Source: a virus
Strand: one strand, 5' to 3'
DNA: 64,000 bases
IMG/VR virus record: IMGVR_UViG_3300036768_000279
Location: 32,001 to 96,000 of that record
Below, piece by piece: positions 9,072 through 18,876 of this stretch. A program made the translations under genes and the position numbers. Every line of letters begins with the position of its first letter. Positions within the stretch are counted from its first letter, which is position 1. Below the pieces are notes generated by a model. The model ran no database searches. It was not told where the DNA came from and saw only the letters and a program-made list of their open reading frames with translations.

Positions 9072-9791
9072 ATGTCAGTGGAAAGAACGTTTCGAGCTGT
9101 AGACCGTTTTGGGGCACAGATGGACTTCGTAGTCACTACCCCAACTCTTGCTATCGAGAATGAGGGCGATCGTCAGTACCGAATCGCCTATAGCAAATCT
9201 CTGGCGGATGGCGTCTATCCACGCAACAAAATGCGTGAGGTCATGCGTTCACACGGTATGTGGACTGACGAAGATGACCGCATTATGCGTGAAGAGGTAG
9301 CAAACTTGGCTATCCTACAGATGGAACTTGAACAGGCTCAACTTAAGGGCGAGAATGACAAATGCCTTGAGATTGCGAAGAAGATGCGTCAGCATCGTTT
9401 CCGCATGTGGGAACTGTTTATGATTCAGCAAAGCGTGTACATGAATTCTGCTGAAGGTATTGCTGAGCTTGTGAAGGCTGAGGCTATTATGGCGGCCTGT
9501 ATACAGTTGAAAGCAACTGGTCAACGCTATTGGCCAACCTACACAGACTTCGTACGTGAACGCGACGAAAGCACTCAATCAACGGTTTATGTGAAGGCCG
9601 TTGAAGTTCAGAATCAGATCTTGCTTGAAATGCGTAACACCATTGAAGAGAGTCATCCTGAGAATAGATATCTCAAGGACGCAAAGCAAGCAATGTTTGA
9701 CCGAGACATTGAAGAGCGTGTGGAAGCCGAACTTGCCGCTCGCAAGCAAAGAGCATTGGAGAATGCAGATGGCAATCGAGTGGAGAATTGA
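9072..9791 (+). CDS. Hypothetical protein, possibly tail assembly chaperone (paralog of 7330-8523)
   Basis: AGGAG RBS; GMWTDEDD and SAE motifs shared with the 7330 ORF. Confidence 0.55.
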   Translation: MSVERTFRAVDRFGAQMDFVVTTPTLAIENEGDRQYRIAYSKSLADGVYPRNKMREVMRSHGMWTDEDDRIMREEVANLAILQMELEQAQLKGENDKCLEIAKKMRQHRFRMWELFMIQQSVYMNSAEGIAELVKAEAIMAACIQLKATGQRYWPTYTDFVRERDESTQSTVYVKAVEVQNQILLEMRNTIEESHPENRYLKDAKQAMFDRDIEERVEAELAARKQRALENADGNRVEN

Positions 9792-10419
9792 ACTGCAAAA
9801 ACCAATACTCACGCTGAACAAACATGCGTTTGACGCATGGGCATACAGTATGTCTGAGCTTGAGCTATGGATGCGAAAGGAACTTATTCCAGCTATGGTA
9901 CATGGCGGAATGGGAATTGTTGGCATCGCACAAATAGACTTCTATCGTTACGTTACAAGTGCTCGTGGATTAAGTGAACTTGGTATTGAAGCGTCAGAAC
10001 CTCCTAAGCTTTTGAAGGCTTATGAAACTACTGCATTCAAGATCAATGTTCAGAAGAGACAAATGACACTAGAGTTTGGCAATTACGCTAGATTGCGAGC
10101 AGCTACTCCTCACCCAGCAAATGGTACAGGACACTTGCATATTGATTCGTGGCTTGAGTGGGTTGATGGCAAAGAAGTCAATAGAGGATTTGTTCCTCGT
10201 TCCAAACTTGGCGGTCGTGCTGCTAAGTCAATTCGTTTGGGATCTCCTCTTGGTGGTTTGATGTTGCCGCGTGGTGCTTATGGTAGCGTTGGATTGTGGC
10301 GTTTTCCTTCACAACTGAGACACTATGAAGACAAGTGGTTCAAGCAGAATATTGATGTGATTCAAAAGGTCATCCTTGAGAAGATGATTGCTATCTTCGT
10401 AATGAAGCTGGTGACGTAA
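9769..10419 (+). CDS. Hypothetical morphogenesis protein
   Basis: ATG 9769 lies 7 nt after GGAG; directly upstream of TMP with a TAATG overlap. Confidence 0.55.
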   Translation: MAIEWRIELQKPILTLNKHAFDAWAYSMSELELWMRKELIPAMVHGGMGIVGIAQIDFYRYVTSARGLSELGIEASEPPKLLKAYETTAFKINVQKRQMTLEFGNYARLRAATPHPANGTGHLHIDSWLEWVDGKEVNRGFVPRSKLGGRAAKSIRLGSPLGGLMLPRGAYGSVGLWRFPSQLRHYEDKWFKQNIDVIQKVILEKMIAIFVMKLVT

Positions 10420-13400
10420 TGGCTAACAGAGTAGAACTCGAAGCAATTCTGAGGTTTGTTGGCGTCAAAGTAAATTCTGGCGTCTTCAATCAGATTAGTC
10501 GTGCTGCTGCCGGTATGCCCGGTCCAGTGCAGCAGTTCAATCGTAACCTCAATCAGAGCGTTAATGCTGCCAACAACGTCAACCGTGCTGTACATGGAGT
10601 GAATCAACAGTTGAGTGGTAGCGAAAGAGCGGCACGCCTCTTTCTACAGCGTATGGCACAGTTTGCCATCCTTCTCCCCACATTCGCTACTCTAAACAAG
10701 AGTATTCAGGGCGGCATCAAATTCTTGTTTGAATTTGACGCTGCCGTCAAAGACATCATTCGTATTGATATTGGCTCTCTTTCCGGCAAATTTGACGACA
10801 TTGCCAAGAGTGCTTTCAATCTTGCTACTCAATTTGGTTCGAGTGCTACTGAGGCCGCCAACACAATCAAAACGTATGTGCAGGCTGGTTATTCTCTTAA
10901 GGAAGCGAACGAACTAGCAGAGCTTTCATTGCTTGCTACAAAGTCATCAACTCTTGAAGCTGGACAGGCTGTAGAATTCTTGCTATCAGCTAGCAAGCAA
11001 TTCCGACTTGAGGGCGAAGGTCTAAAAAATGCCCTTGATGGTCTTGTTGCCTCGGAAGACTTGTCTGCCGTAGAAGCTCGCGATATTGCTGATGCCTTCA
11101 AGACTGGTGGTAACTCGCTTGCTGAATTTAGTAAGGACATCAATGACTCAATTGGTCTGATTTCGGCTCTTAGAGAACAGACCCGTAAGTCAGGTAATGA
11201 AATTGGTACCTTCTTCAAGACATTGCAGACACGTATTTTCGCTGCTGGCGAATCGCGTACGGCACTTGAAAGTCTTGGTGTATCTGTTCAAAACCTAGAT
11301 GGTAGTCTACGTCCTACGCTTGCGGTATTGAATGATCTCAAGGTGTCGTTCGACAGGTTGAATGAAGCTGAACAGGCCAACGCTGCCAAGGCAATTGCTG
11401 GCGTTCGTCAGTTTGAAGAACTCATTGGTACGCTCAATTCATTGGATCGTGCCAACCAACTCGCCGCTGCCTCTTCAAACGCTGCCGGTGCAGCACGTCG
11501 TAAGGAAGGGGTTGATGCTACCAAACTCCAACGTCGTCTTGATGATTTGATTGTTGCTGGTCAAAAGCTCGCCTATGCTTTGGGTGAAGCAGGCAGTTCT
11601 GACTTTTTCAAGAACGCCCTTAAGAGTGCAACGTTCCTTGTTGACAGCTTGACTGAAATTGTCAAGCTTCTAGACAAGTTCAAGGTGCCAATCCTACCTA
11701 TTCTTGCTCCTCTCGCTCTTAAGGGGATTGATAAGGTGTTTGGTCTTGGCTTGACTGGTGCTCCAGGCAAGGGCGGTGGTGGTGGCGGCGGGGGTGGTGG
11801 TGGGCCACTTAGACAAAATACATCTGACTTGGCTGCAAATACTGCGGCATTAAGACAGCTTACAAACGTCATCAGTGTTCTTGCACAGGACATTAAACTT
11901 GCTAGCGGAGCATTGATGAATCAGGTCGGTGCTTCACAGGTTGCCGTTGCAGCAACTAATGTGCAAACACAAGCAACCAACGTTCAGACACAAGCTACAC
12001 AACAGGCTACAGCGGCAACACAAACCTTTGCTCAAAAAATGAAGGCTGCTCTCAACACGCCACTCGGCAAGGGTGCGGGTGCTGGAGAAGGCTTGAAGTC
12101 AGCGGCACTGTTTGCCGCATTGACAATTGGAGCATCTGCTGTTACTGCTGGATTGAACACTCTAGCTGACAAGCTTGGTGGCAATAGTTCATTTGCCGGT
12201 TCTTTGACTAAGGCTACTAGTGCAGCAGCACAAATGGGTATTCAATTTGCTGCATTTGGTCCTGTAGCCGCTGGCGTTGCAGCCTCTCTTGGTGCCTTGT
12301 GGGATGTTAGTATTAGATATGTTGAAACACTACAAGATATGGACAAGGCTACACATGAAAACATCAAATCTGTAGAAGATAATGCGAAGCAAGAACTTGG
12401 TGTTGGCAAGGCATCGAAATCACAACAAGCCCTTGCTGCCTTTAGTACAGGATTAGAGGGACGAACACAAGAAAACGTTAACTACGACGCCCTTTTCAAG
12501 GGCGTATTCCAAAGTTTAGATGATGGTACAAAGAAACTTTTAGGTGATTCTAACACCCTGAAAGAAGTGTATCTAACTAATAGCAAAATAGTTTTGCAAA
12601 CAGTACAGAATTCTATCACTGGTGCAACCGAAATTACTGAAAAGTATGTCAAAGGTGCTGGCGAAGATTTGATCAGATCGTGGGCAATGCAAGATAGTGC
12701 AGCCGTAAAAAATGTAGCCGCTCTCCAAGAGCTACGTGATTCATACGACGCATCCGGCAAGAGTTCGAAGTCATATAAAGAGCAACAGGACTTGTTAGAG
12801 CAAGCATACGGCAGACTTGCTCATGGTGCCGCTGAAGCAGCCAAGCAAGTACAGTTCTTGCGTATGACGTTTGATGACATGAAGAAGCTTCAAGACCTGA
12901 TCGCTTCTGCTCAAGACGTTAACAACATGAATCGTGATATCTTCAATCAATCCAAGAGCCCAGAAGATTTGGCTCAAGGTATTGATGAACTATCTCAAAT
13001 CGCTCGCAATGCTCAGACAGATCTTGCAAACGCTCAAAAGGCTTTTGAGGATCTGCTGTCAACACTGCAAACCGCTGGTTCAGATACGTCGCAGTTTGGT
13101 GCTTTTAAAAGCATGGATGACGCCAAGAAATTCCTGGCAGATCTTGGCCAATTGCTGTCTAAGCCAAATAATGGCGGTGCCATTGCTTCGTTCTTGGGTG
13201 ATCGCAAGCTCACGGACGCCCAGAAAGAATTCGCAAAAGAGTATATCAAGATCGAAGAAAATCGCGTCAAGGCATCCTTGAAGGCCAAGGAAGCCGAAGC
13301 GGCTTTTAGTAGCGAAGCGTATAAGCGTAGCCTGGAAGAAACCAAAGCTCAGAAGGAAGCCTCTGTGAAGGCTGCCGAGTCTCTTGGCAAGTTCCGTTCT

Positions 13401-15743
13401 GAGCTTGCAAAAGTTGGAGCACAAGCAAGCACAAATGGCGACATTGGCCTTGTCAATCAAATTGCTGGACTCAAGAGCGAAGACGTACAGAGAGCATTGG
13501 CTGGAGGATCAGATCTACCCAAGGTTTTGCAGGATGTCATTGCATCGACGTTTGTTGATGGTGTAAAACGAGCAGAAACCGATCTATCTCAGATTGCTGA
13601 TGAGTTGGCATTTGCTGTGGCTCCTGTCAATAACCGTATTCAAGAGCTACACGACGAGATTGCTGCTCTTGGTGACGTTGCACCAAACACAGAAAAGGCC
13701 ACAAAGAAGGCTCACCTACAACAAGAACTTGCAGCCAAGTCTCTTGAAAAACAGAACATTGAGCAGGATGCTTACGTCAAGAGTCTTGAGGGTCTTCAAA
13801 AACTTACCACAGAAACGAAGAAGGCTCAAGAAGAGGCTGCACGGGCAGAGGCAGATCGTCTCAAGAAGACTCAAGCTCTTACCGACGCCACATACAACTT
13901 CGCCAAGTCTGTGCATGATGTCAACAAGAGCTTCGAAGAGTTTTCAAAGCAGCGTATTGATGATTTGGCAGAGAAGCAAGCCGGTGCCTATGACGAACTC
14001 AAGTCTGTCGAACAGGGAGTTCTGAGTGCGACGCAGGATGTTTCGGCGGCATACAAGGACTACATTTCGACTATCATTCAGGTAAATGGGGCTATCGCTG
14101 AAGCCAAGATCAAGTCTAATCTACTTGGCCGTGATATTGGCATGCTCAATGGTAGTATCGTATCGTTCCAAGACAAGCTTGGCTCTCTAGATAATGCATT
14201 CATTAGCGTTCTAGATGACGCCAACATGAAGTTGGAACAGCGTATCGGTCTCGAAAGACAGCTAGCCGAACAGACATTATCATTCTTGCAACAAGCACAG
14301 GATCAGATTACATCTGCTGGCATCAACGTTTTCGGACAGTCGGCCCAAGAAAACCAAGGACTCCAGAAGGGTATCGCCGGTCTAACATACGTGGCCGAGA
14401 AGCTTGGAGGATCGTTCCAGAACTTCTTGGGCATGGACTCGCAACAGATCCAGGGATTGTCTCAGGAACTCCTCAACTTGCCAGTCGAGTTCCGCAAGCA
14501 AATCCTCGACGCCCTTTCATTCCTTCCAAGCTCTACATCGATTGGTGGATTTAGTGCCGACCAATTGAAGCAGGCTATTGGACAGATTGGTGCGGGTGTG
14601 GCTCCAGAAGAGGGTCTGCCAGCCATTTCTGAACTCACTGCTCAGCAAGTTGAGCAACTCAAGATACTTGGTCAGCTTGGAACTGAGGAAGCCAAGATGC
14701 AACTAACTCAAGTGTTGGCGGCACAGAAGCAGCTTGAGAAGGCTCAAGAGCAACTTGACATTGCCAAGCTTCAAGAAGAGCGTGCTCGTGACGGTTTCGA
14801 GCAAGTGCGTATGGCGGTACTTGACGAAATGGCGGTTCTGGATCAAGCAAATACAGAACGTCGCGATCTCTTGCAGAAGGTGATTGAAGCTGATAACGCT
14901 AATACATTGCACGACATCGAAAACCAAGCCCAGTTGTTTGCCGACCAGAACTCGGTGTTCCGTGAGGTTGGCGATCAAATTGTTCAGGGCGTTGGACAGG
15001 CTATTAGTGCCAAGATGTCTATGATTGAGGCACAGACATCACTCAACAATTTCAATACAGCACAAAGCTTTGGCAACCAAGCTAAGGGATGGATTCCTAA
15101 CTTCGCTGCTGGTAACCTATCGCCTAGTGAAGCCGCCGGTCTTTTGCAAGCTGCTGCTCGTGAAAAGCGAGCTATGCCGAATGGTGCTCAGTTGGCTGTG
15201 GCCAACACAAAGGAAGCCATCATTCCTATGTACAAGAACTTCGCTGGTGGTAACGAAGGCGGCAGTGCTATCGCAGCAAGCATCAACACAATCCGTACAC
15301 TCGACCAAACGATGGTCGCTGCCATTGCCCGTTCTGTGACAAGTACATTGTCACAGCTACAAAGCAATACTGGTAGTGAGCAGGCACTCGACAAGATTGC
15401 TGGTCTATTGACTGATCTTAACACAAGTATTGGTCAAGTACGTGATTCGAGCATTGCTATTAAAACCAATACAGCCGGTCTTGCTGGTACTACAGGATCC
15501 AAGACTCCTGGTGCAGCAGCGACAACCGCACAGGAAATCAATATCAATCTTCAAACAAATCAAAACAGTAGTGTGCAAATCACTGGTCTTGAGAGTTTGC
15601 GAGATCAACTCAAGGCCGCTCTATCCGAGACAACGGACAAGCAGGCGGCTAAGACAATTGAGGTTTTGATGGTTCAACTAGAACCTATTTTCCAAGCATT
15701 GAATGAGCGTGGCATCATTAGCTCGTTTGGACAGTCGAGATAA
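10419..15743 (+). CDS. Tail tape measure protein
   Basis: 1774 aa, Ala/Gln/Leu-rich coiled coil. TP901-like TMP core TRKSGNEIGTFFKTLQTRI...LESLGVSV...DGSLRP...AGVRQ. Confidence 0.9.
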   Translation: MANRVELEAILRFVGVKVNSGVFNQISRAAAGMPGPVQQFNRNLNQSVNAANNVNRAVHGVNQQLSGSERAARLFLQRMAQFAILLPTFATLNKSIQGGIKFLFEFDAAVKDIIRIDIGSLSGKFDDIAKSAFNLATQFGSSATEAANTIKTYVQAGYSLKEANELAELSLLATKSSTLEAGQAVEFLLSASKQFRLEGEGLKNALDGLVASEDLSAVEARDIADAFKTGGNSLAEFSKDINDSIGLISALREQTRKSGNEIGTFFKTLQTRIFAAGESRTALESLGVSVQNLDGSLRPTLAVLNDLKVSFDRLNEAEQANAAKAIAGVRQFEELIGTLNSLDRANQLAAASSNAAGAARRKEGVDATKLQRRLDDLIVAGQKLAYALGEAGSSDFFKNALKSATFLVDSLTEIVKLLDKFKVPILPILAPLALKGIDKVFGLGLTGAPGKGGGGGGGGGGGPLRQNTSDLAANTAALRQLTNVISVLAQDIKLASGALMNQVGASQVAVAATNVQTQATNVQTQATQQATAATQTFAQKMKAALNTPLGKGAGAGEGLKSAALFAALTIGASAVTAGLNTLADKLGGNSSFAGSLTKATSAAAQMGIQFAAFGPVAAGVAASLGALWDVSIRYVETLQDMDKATHENIKSVEDNAKQELGVGKASKSQQALAAFSTGLEGRTQENVNYDALFKGVFQSLDDGTKKLLGDSNTLKEVYLTNSKIVLQTVQNSITGATEITEKYVKGAGEDLIRSWAMQDSAAVKNVAALQELRDSYDASGKSSKSYKEQQDLLEQAYGRLAHGAAEAAKQVQFLRMTFDDMKKLQDLIASAQDVNNMNRDIFNQSKSPEDLAQGIDELSQIARNAQTDLANAQKAFEDLLSTLQTAGSDTSQFGAFKSMDDAKKFLADLGQLLSKPNNGGAIASFLGDRKLTDAQKEFAKEYIKIEENRVKASLKAKEAEAAFSSEAYKRSLEETKAQKEASVKAAESLGKFRSELAKVGAQASTNGDIGLVNQIAGLKSEDVQRALAGGSDLPKVLQDVIASTFVDGVKRAETDLSQIADELAFAVAPVNNRIQELHDEIAALGDVAPNTEKATKKAHLQQELAAKSLEKQNIEQDAYVKSLEGLQKLTTETKKAQEEAARAEADRLKKTQALTDATYNFAKSVHDVNKSFEEFSKQRIDDLAEKQAGAYDELKSVEQGVLSATQDVSAAYKDYISTIIQVNGAIAEAKIKSNLLGRDIGMLNGSIVSFQDKLGSLDNAFISVLDDANMKLEQRIGLERQLAEQTLSFLQQAQDQITSAGINVFGQSAQENQGLQKGIAGLTYVAEKLGGSFQNFLGMDSQQIQGLSQELLNLPVEFRKQILDALSFLPSSTSIGGFSADQLKQAIGQIGAGVAPEEGLPAISELTAQQVEQLKILGQLGTEEAKMQLTQVLAAQKQLEKAQEQLDIAKLQEERARDGFEQVRMAVLDEMAVLDQANTERRDLLQKVIEADNANTLHDIENQAQLFADQNSVFREVGDQIVQGVGQAISAKMSMIEAQTSLNNFNTAQSFGNQAKGWIPNFAAGNLSPSEAAGLLQAAAREKRAMPNGAQLAVANTKEAIIPMYKNFAGGNEGGSAIAASINTIRTLDQTMVAAIARSVTSTLSQLQSNTGSEQALDKIAGLLTDLNTSIGQVRDSSIAIKTNTAGLAGTTGSKTPGAAATTAQEININLQTNQNSSVQITGLESLRDQLKAALSETTDKQAAKTIEVLMVQLEPIFQALNERGIISSFGQSR

Positions 15744-15745
15744 TC

Positions 15746-17263
15746 ATGGGTGACTTAATATCCGTCGTTACAAATCCACCGCAATCTGCGGTTGAAGTCT
15801 TCTATAATGGCAAGAAGATCGTACCCGCTCCGTTGATTGATTGGACGGTGGAATCGCAATTCCGTAATGACGGCACTCGTGTTGACAACATCAACCGCCT
15901 GACACTAACTGGCACAACTCTTATTGTACCATCTGGTAGTTATGAACAGATGTACATTAAGATGCAGGCGTTACGTGACACGTTTGCGGAAGATTATAAG
16001 GATCTTGTTATTCTTGCCGGTCCTGGCAATAGAACACTCACACAAGGTACGGTTATTTCGTCTGGTTTGCGTCCTCGTGTCAACAGCCTGAACATTGCAC
16101 CAGATACGCAGGTACAACGTTTTGACTGGACGGTTGAACTACAAGACCTTGTTGCCGCCTCTGGCGTCAGCGGCGTCACTTCTAGTCTCAGTAACCAATG
16201 GTCGTTCCGCGAAGACCAAGATACCTGTACGCTACGTGTTACTCACCAAGTAAACGCAGAAGGTCCAGAGAACGAACCTGATAAGTTCTTGCAGGCTATG
16301 GCTGCCGTTAAGCCATTGCTTGGTATTGACAAACTTCCAATCCACATACCATATTTCGCTCAACCGAACTTCTCTGGTTTGTTCGGAATGACCCATCCTT
16401 CGAACCCGGCTGGTGGTCCGGTATTCGAAGTCTCCGTCGAACGCGAAGAGGTTGCTGACGTTGCTAATGGTAGCTACTCTGTTACAGAGCAGTTTACGAT
16501 TGTCAGTGGAGTACCATTCTACTTCACTTCCAAGACCGAATCGTTTGAAGAAGACGCAAACGGTATCGCACAAGTCACTATTGCTGGTTCTGTACAAGGA
16601 CTGGGACGTACACTCACTCCTTTGGACGCGGAAGGCGGCGTTGGCTACTTCCGAGCTGCTTCTGGATTTGCGAACTACGTACGCCCACAATTACCATGGA
16701 TTGCGTCTGGCGTATATCTGAGATTTAAGAGCGGTAGTGGTGGAGCCGGTGGAAGTGGTCTAGCACTTAACAACCCGACAGCGTTCTCTATTTCTCAGAA
16801 CAAATGTCGTGGCTCGATTGACTTCTCGATTACATATACTGACAACCCAAATGCGAACCTACCAAGTGGTATTGCAAGCAAGTCGTCTAGTGTCAATATT
16901 GTAGAGGGTACTAGAGTTCAAGCAAGTCATGCCATTCCGTTCCGTCGTCTTGGAAGCATCATCCAAGATATCAAGACAACTACAGACGGCACGATCAGTA
17001 TCCAGTGTCAGGCCGTAGCCAAGAATACTGGCAACAATACGGCTGATACGAATCTTGCTATTGCATTTGTGCAGAACGAACTAAATAGACTCAAAGACAT
17101 TTATGCCAACTCTGCAAACTTCGTGACCTTGCGTATTACGGGACTCAATCAACAAATTAGCGACGTTGATCGTAGTTGTAGTGTGACGCTCGAATACGGC
17201 TTCACGGTTGATCTGGCTACTGTACAAGCCGTTGGATCTACGATTACGCTAAGGACTTTGTAA
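15746..17263 (+). CDS. Tail-tip/distal tail structural protein
   Basis: 505 aa, beta-rich, immediately after TMP. Confidence 0.55.
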   Translation: MGDLISVVTNPPQSAVEVFYNGKKIVPAPLIDWTVESQFRNDGTRVDNINRLTLTGTTLIVPSGSYEQMYIKMQALRDTFAEDYKDLVILAGPGNRTLTQGTVISSGLRPRVNSLNIAPDTQVQRFDWTVELQDLVAASGVSGVTSSLSNQWSFREDQDTCTLRVTHQVNAEGPENEPDKFLQAMAAVKPLLGIDKLPIHIPYFAQPNFSGLFGMTHPSNPAGGPVFEVSVEREEVADVANGSYSVTEQFTIVSGVPFYFTSKTESFEEDANGIAQVTIAGSVQGLGRTLTPLDAEGGVGYFRAASGFANYVRPQLPWIASGVYLRFKSGSGGAGGSGLALNNPTAFSISQNKCRGSIDFSITYTDNPNANLPSGIASKSSSVNIVEGTRVQASHAIPFRRLGSIIQDIKTTTDGTISIQCQAVAKNTGNNTADTNLAIAFVQNELNRLKDIYANSANFVTLRITGLNQQISDVDRSCSVTLEYGFTVDLATVQAVGSTITLRTL

Positions 17264-17264
17264 C

Positions 17265-17825
17265 ATGGTGAACTTCCCGTCAGTTGAATGGATTCAGCAA
17301 GATCCGACAACGGATCCGTCTGGTTTCCGCCATCTAAAGCAGACCATCTATGGTTTCGTGCGAAATGTAGATACTAGTGCTGGTGGCGTTCTTGACTTTG
17401 GAAGCATGAATACTACTGGCTCTGGTGCAATTAGCGACACCAAACTAGTCTATGCTCGTGTTTCTAGTATGGGTGACGCTAGTGGCGTGTACAACATGCG
17501 ATTCTTTATTACGAACGCCTCTGCGTTTACTGCTGGCACGTATCGCTTCCTGGAAAAGAAGAGTTTGCACTTCATTCCAAACTTGCAACTCGATTCTGGA
17601 GCGGACAACACGCCAACGAACGTACCAACAAACGCAAACTTCTCTGGCACAATTCAGACTCCATACTGGCAATCAGGTCAACCATGGATGAGTGGTATCC
17701 TAGATCAGGATGTGAGTCAGTATGTATACTTGGCCGTTGAGGCTGACGTGAACGTACCGATTGGAACCAAGGGTGGAGCCGGTGCTGGTACATTCCGCTT
17801 CCGCCTTCTATATGATTTCTCGTAG
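17265..17825 (+). CDS. Virion structural protein (paralog of 18855-19496)
   Basis: C-terminal SQYVYLAV...VPIGTKGGAGAGTFRFRLLYDF. Confidence 0.5.
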   Translation: MVNFPSVEWIQQDPTTDPSGFRHLKQTIYGFVRNVDTSAGGVLDFGSMNTTGSGAISDTKLVYARVSSMGDASGVYNMRFFITNASAFTAGTYRFLEKKSLHFIPNLQLDSGADNTPTNVPTNANFSGTIQTPYWQSGQPWMSGILDQDVSQYVYLAVEADVNVPIGTKGGAGAGTFRFRLLYDFS

Positions 17826-17838
17826 ACGAGTCGATACA

Positions 17839-17848
17839 TTAGTGTACT
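17839..17848 (+). promoter_or_regulatory. Putative late promoter TTAGTGTAnT, copy 3
   Basis: Exact motif in an intergenic gap. Confidence 0.65.
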
Positions 17849-17855
17849 CATAATT

Positions 17856-18704
17856 ATGAGCAAACACACACACAACAGAGCGTTTTTTGACGTTCTTACG
17901 CCTCTTAGTTGCTATTGGGCTGGTTTCATAGCCGCTGATGGATCTATCTATGCACCAAATGGCAATATTCGTATAGGATTATCTGAAAAGGACAAACAAC
18001 AAATTGAGTTGTTCAAGTCTGCTATAAAATCAAGTAGTCCAGTACGTTGTTTTGATACTTCAAATGGTTATAGGTGTGCTCAAATAGATGTCTATGGAGC
18101 GTATGAATGTCAGCAAGTCCTACAGAAAACATTCAATATAACTCAAGCCAAAAGCAAAACTCTTCGGCCTCCATTGCTTGAAAATGAAAAAGACGTTCGT
18201 CACTTTATACGTGGTTATATGGATGGCGATGGATCTATTTCGTTCAATCAATCATCGAAGTCTCCACACTGGACCGTGAGTTTTGTAGGCACACAAGAAA
18301 TGTTGCAATGGATCAAACAACAAATACAACTTTATGTGATTGGCGTGGGCAATCCATCTGTTTGTGCTGACCGCAATATATTCCAAATCCTATTTGGTGG
18401 TTGGCAAGTACGTCCCATTCTTGATTGGCTGTATCAAGATTCTACACCTCAAATACGGTTGGCACGTAAGCATCAAAAATACCTAGAGGTTTTGAATTTC
18501 TATTCAGCAGAAAAACGCAAATACGTCTCCAGATATCGTGGCGTTGACTTTTTCAAGCGAACTGGCAAATGGAAAGCTGAAATCAAGAAAAACAATCAAC
18601 GTTATCATCTTGGCTACTTTGCTACTGAACGTGAAGCTGCCCTGGCTTACAACGACAAAGCTCGCGAGCTTGGTTTGCTCGAAAGATGTTACAGTGTCAG
18701 CTAA
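17856..18704 (+). CDS. Free-standing LAGLIDADG homing endonuclease with C-terminal AP2 domain
   Basis: YWAGFIAADGS and FIRGYMDGDGS motifs; AP2 signature SRYRGV...KWKAEI...YHLGYFATEREAALAYND. Confidence 0.88.
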   Translation: MSKHTHNRAFFDVLTPLSCYWAGFIAADGSIYAPNGNIRIGLSEKDKQQIELFKSAIKSSSPVRCFDTSNGYRCAQIDVYGAYECQQVLQKTFNITQAKSKTLRPPLLENEKDVRHFIRGYMDGDGSISFNQSSKSPHWTVSFVGTQEMLQWIKQQIQLYVIGVGNPSVCADRNIFQILFGGWQVRPILDWLYQDSTPQIRLARKHQKYLEVLNFYSAEKRKYVSRYRGVDFFKRTGKWKAEIKKNNQRYHLGYFATEREAALAYNDKARELGLLERCYSVS

Positions 18705-18876
18705 CGACGACATCGTACTGAAAAAGCTTGGTGAACCAGAAGAAAAAAAGCTTCCGGTTGGTATCTATGTCATTGAATTTGATGGCCGTGCCGTCTTTGT
18801 GCGACGAATGGGCGGTCGTTTCATGCCTGTGTCAGCACAGGAACAAGAAGAGCTATGTCAACGATTTCGCCTCTAG
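18694..18876 (+). CDS. Small hypothetical protein
   Basis: GTG start, 60 aa; fills the gap between adjacent genes. Confidence 0.45.
   Translation: MSANDDIVLKKLGEPEEKKLPVGIYVIEFDGRAVFVRRMGGRFMPVSAQEQEELCQRFRL

Noticed and set aside
9601-9791. Long overlap between ORFs 9072 and 9601 suggesting a programmed frameshift
   Set aside because: The frame offset is +1 rather than the classic -1, no slippery heptamer was seen, and a good RBS/ATG exists at 9769.
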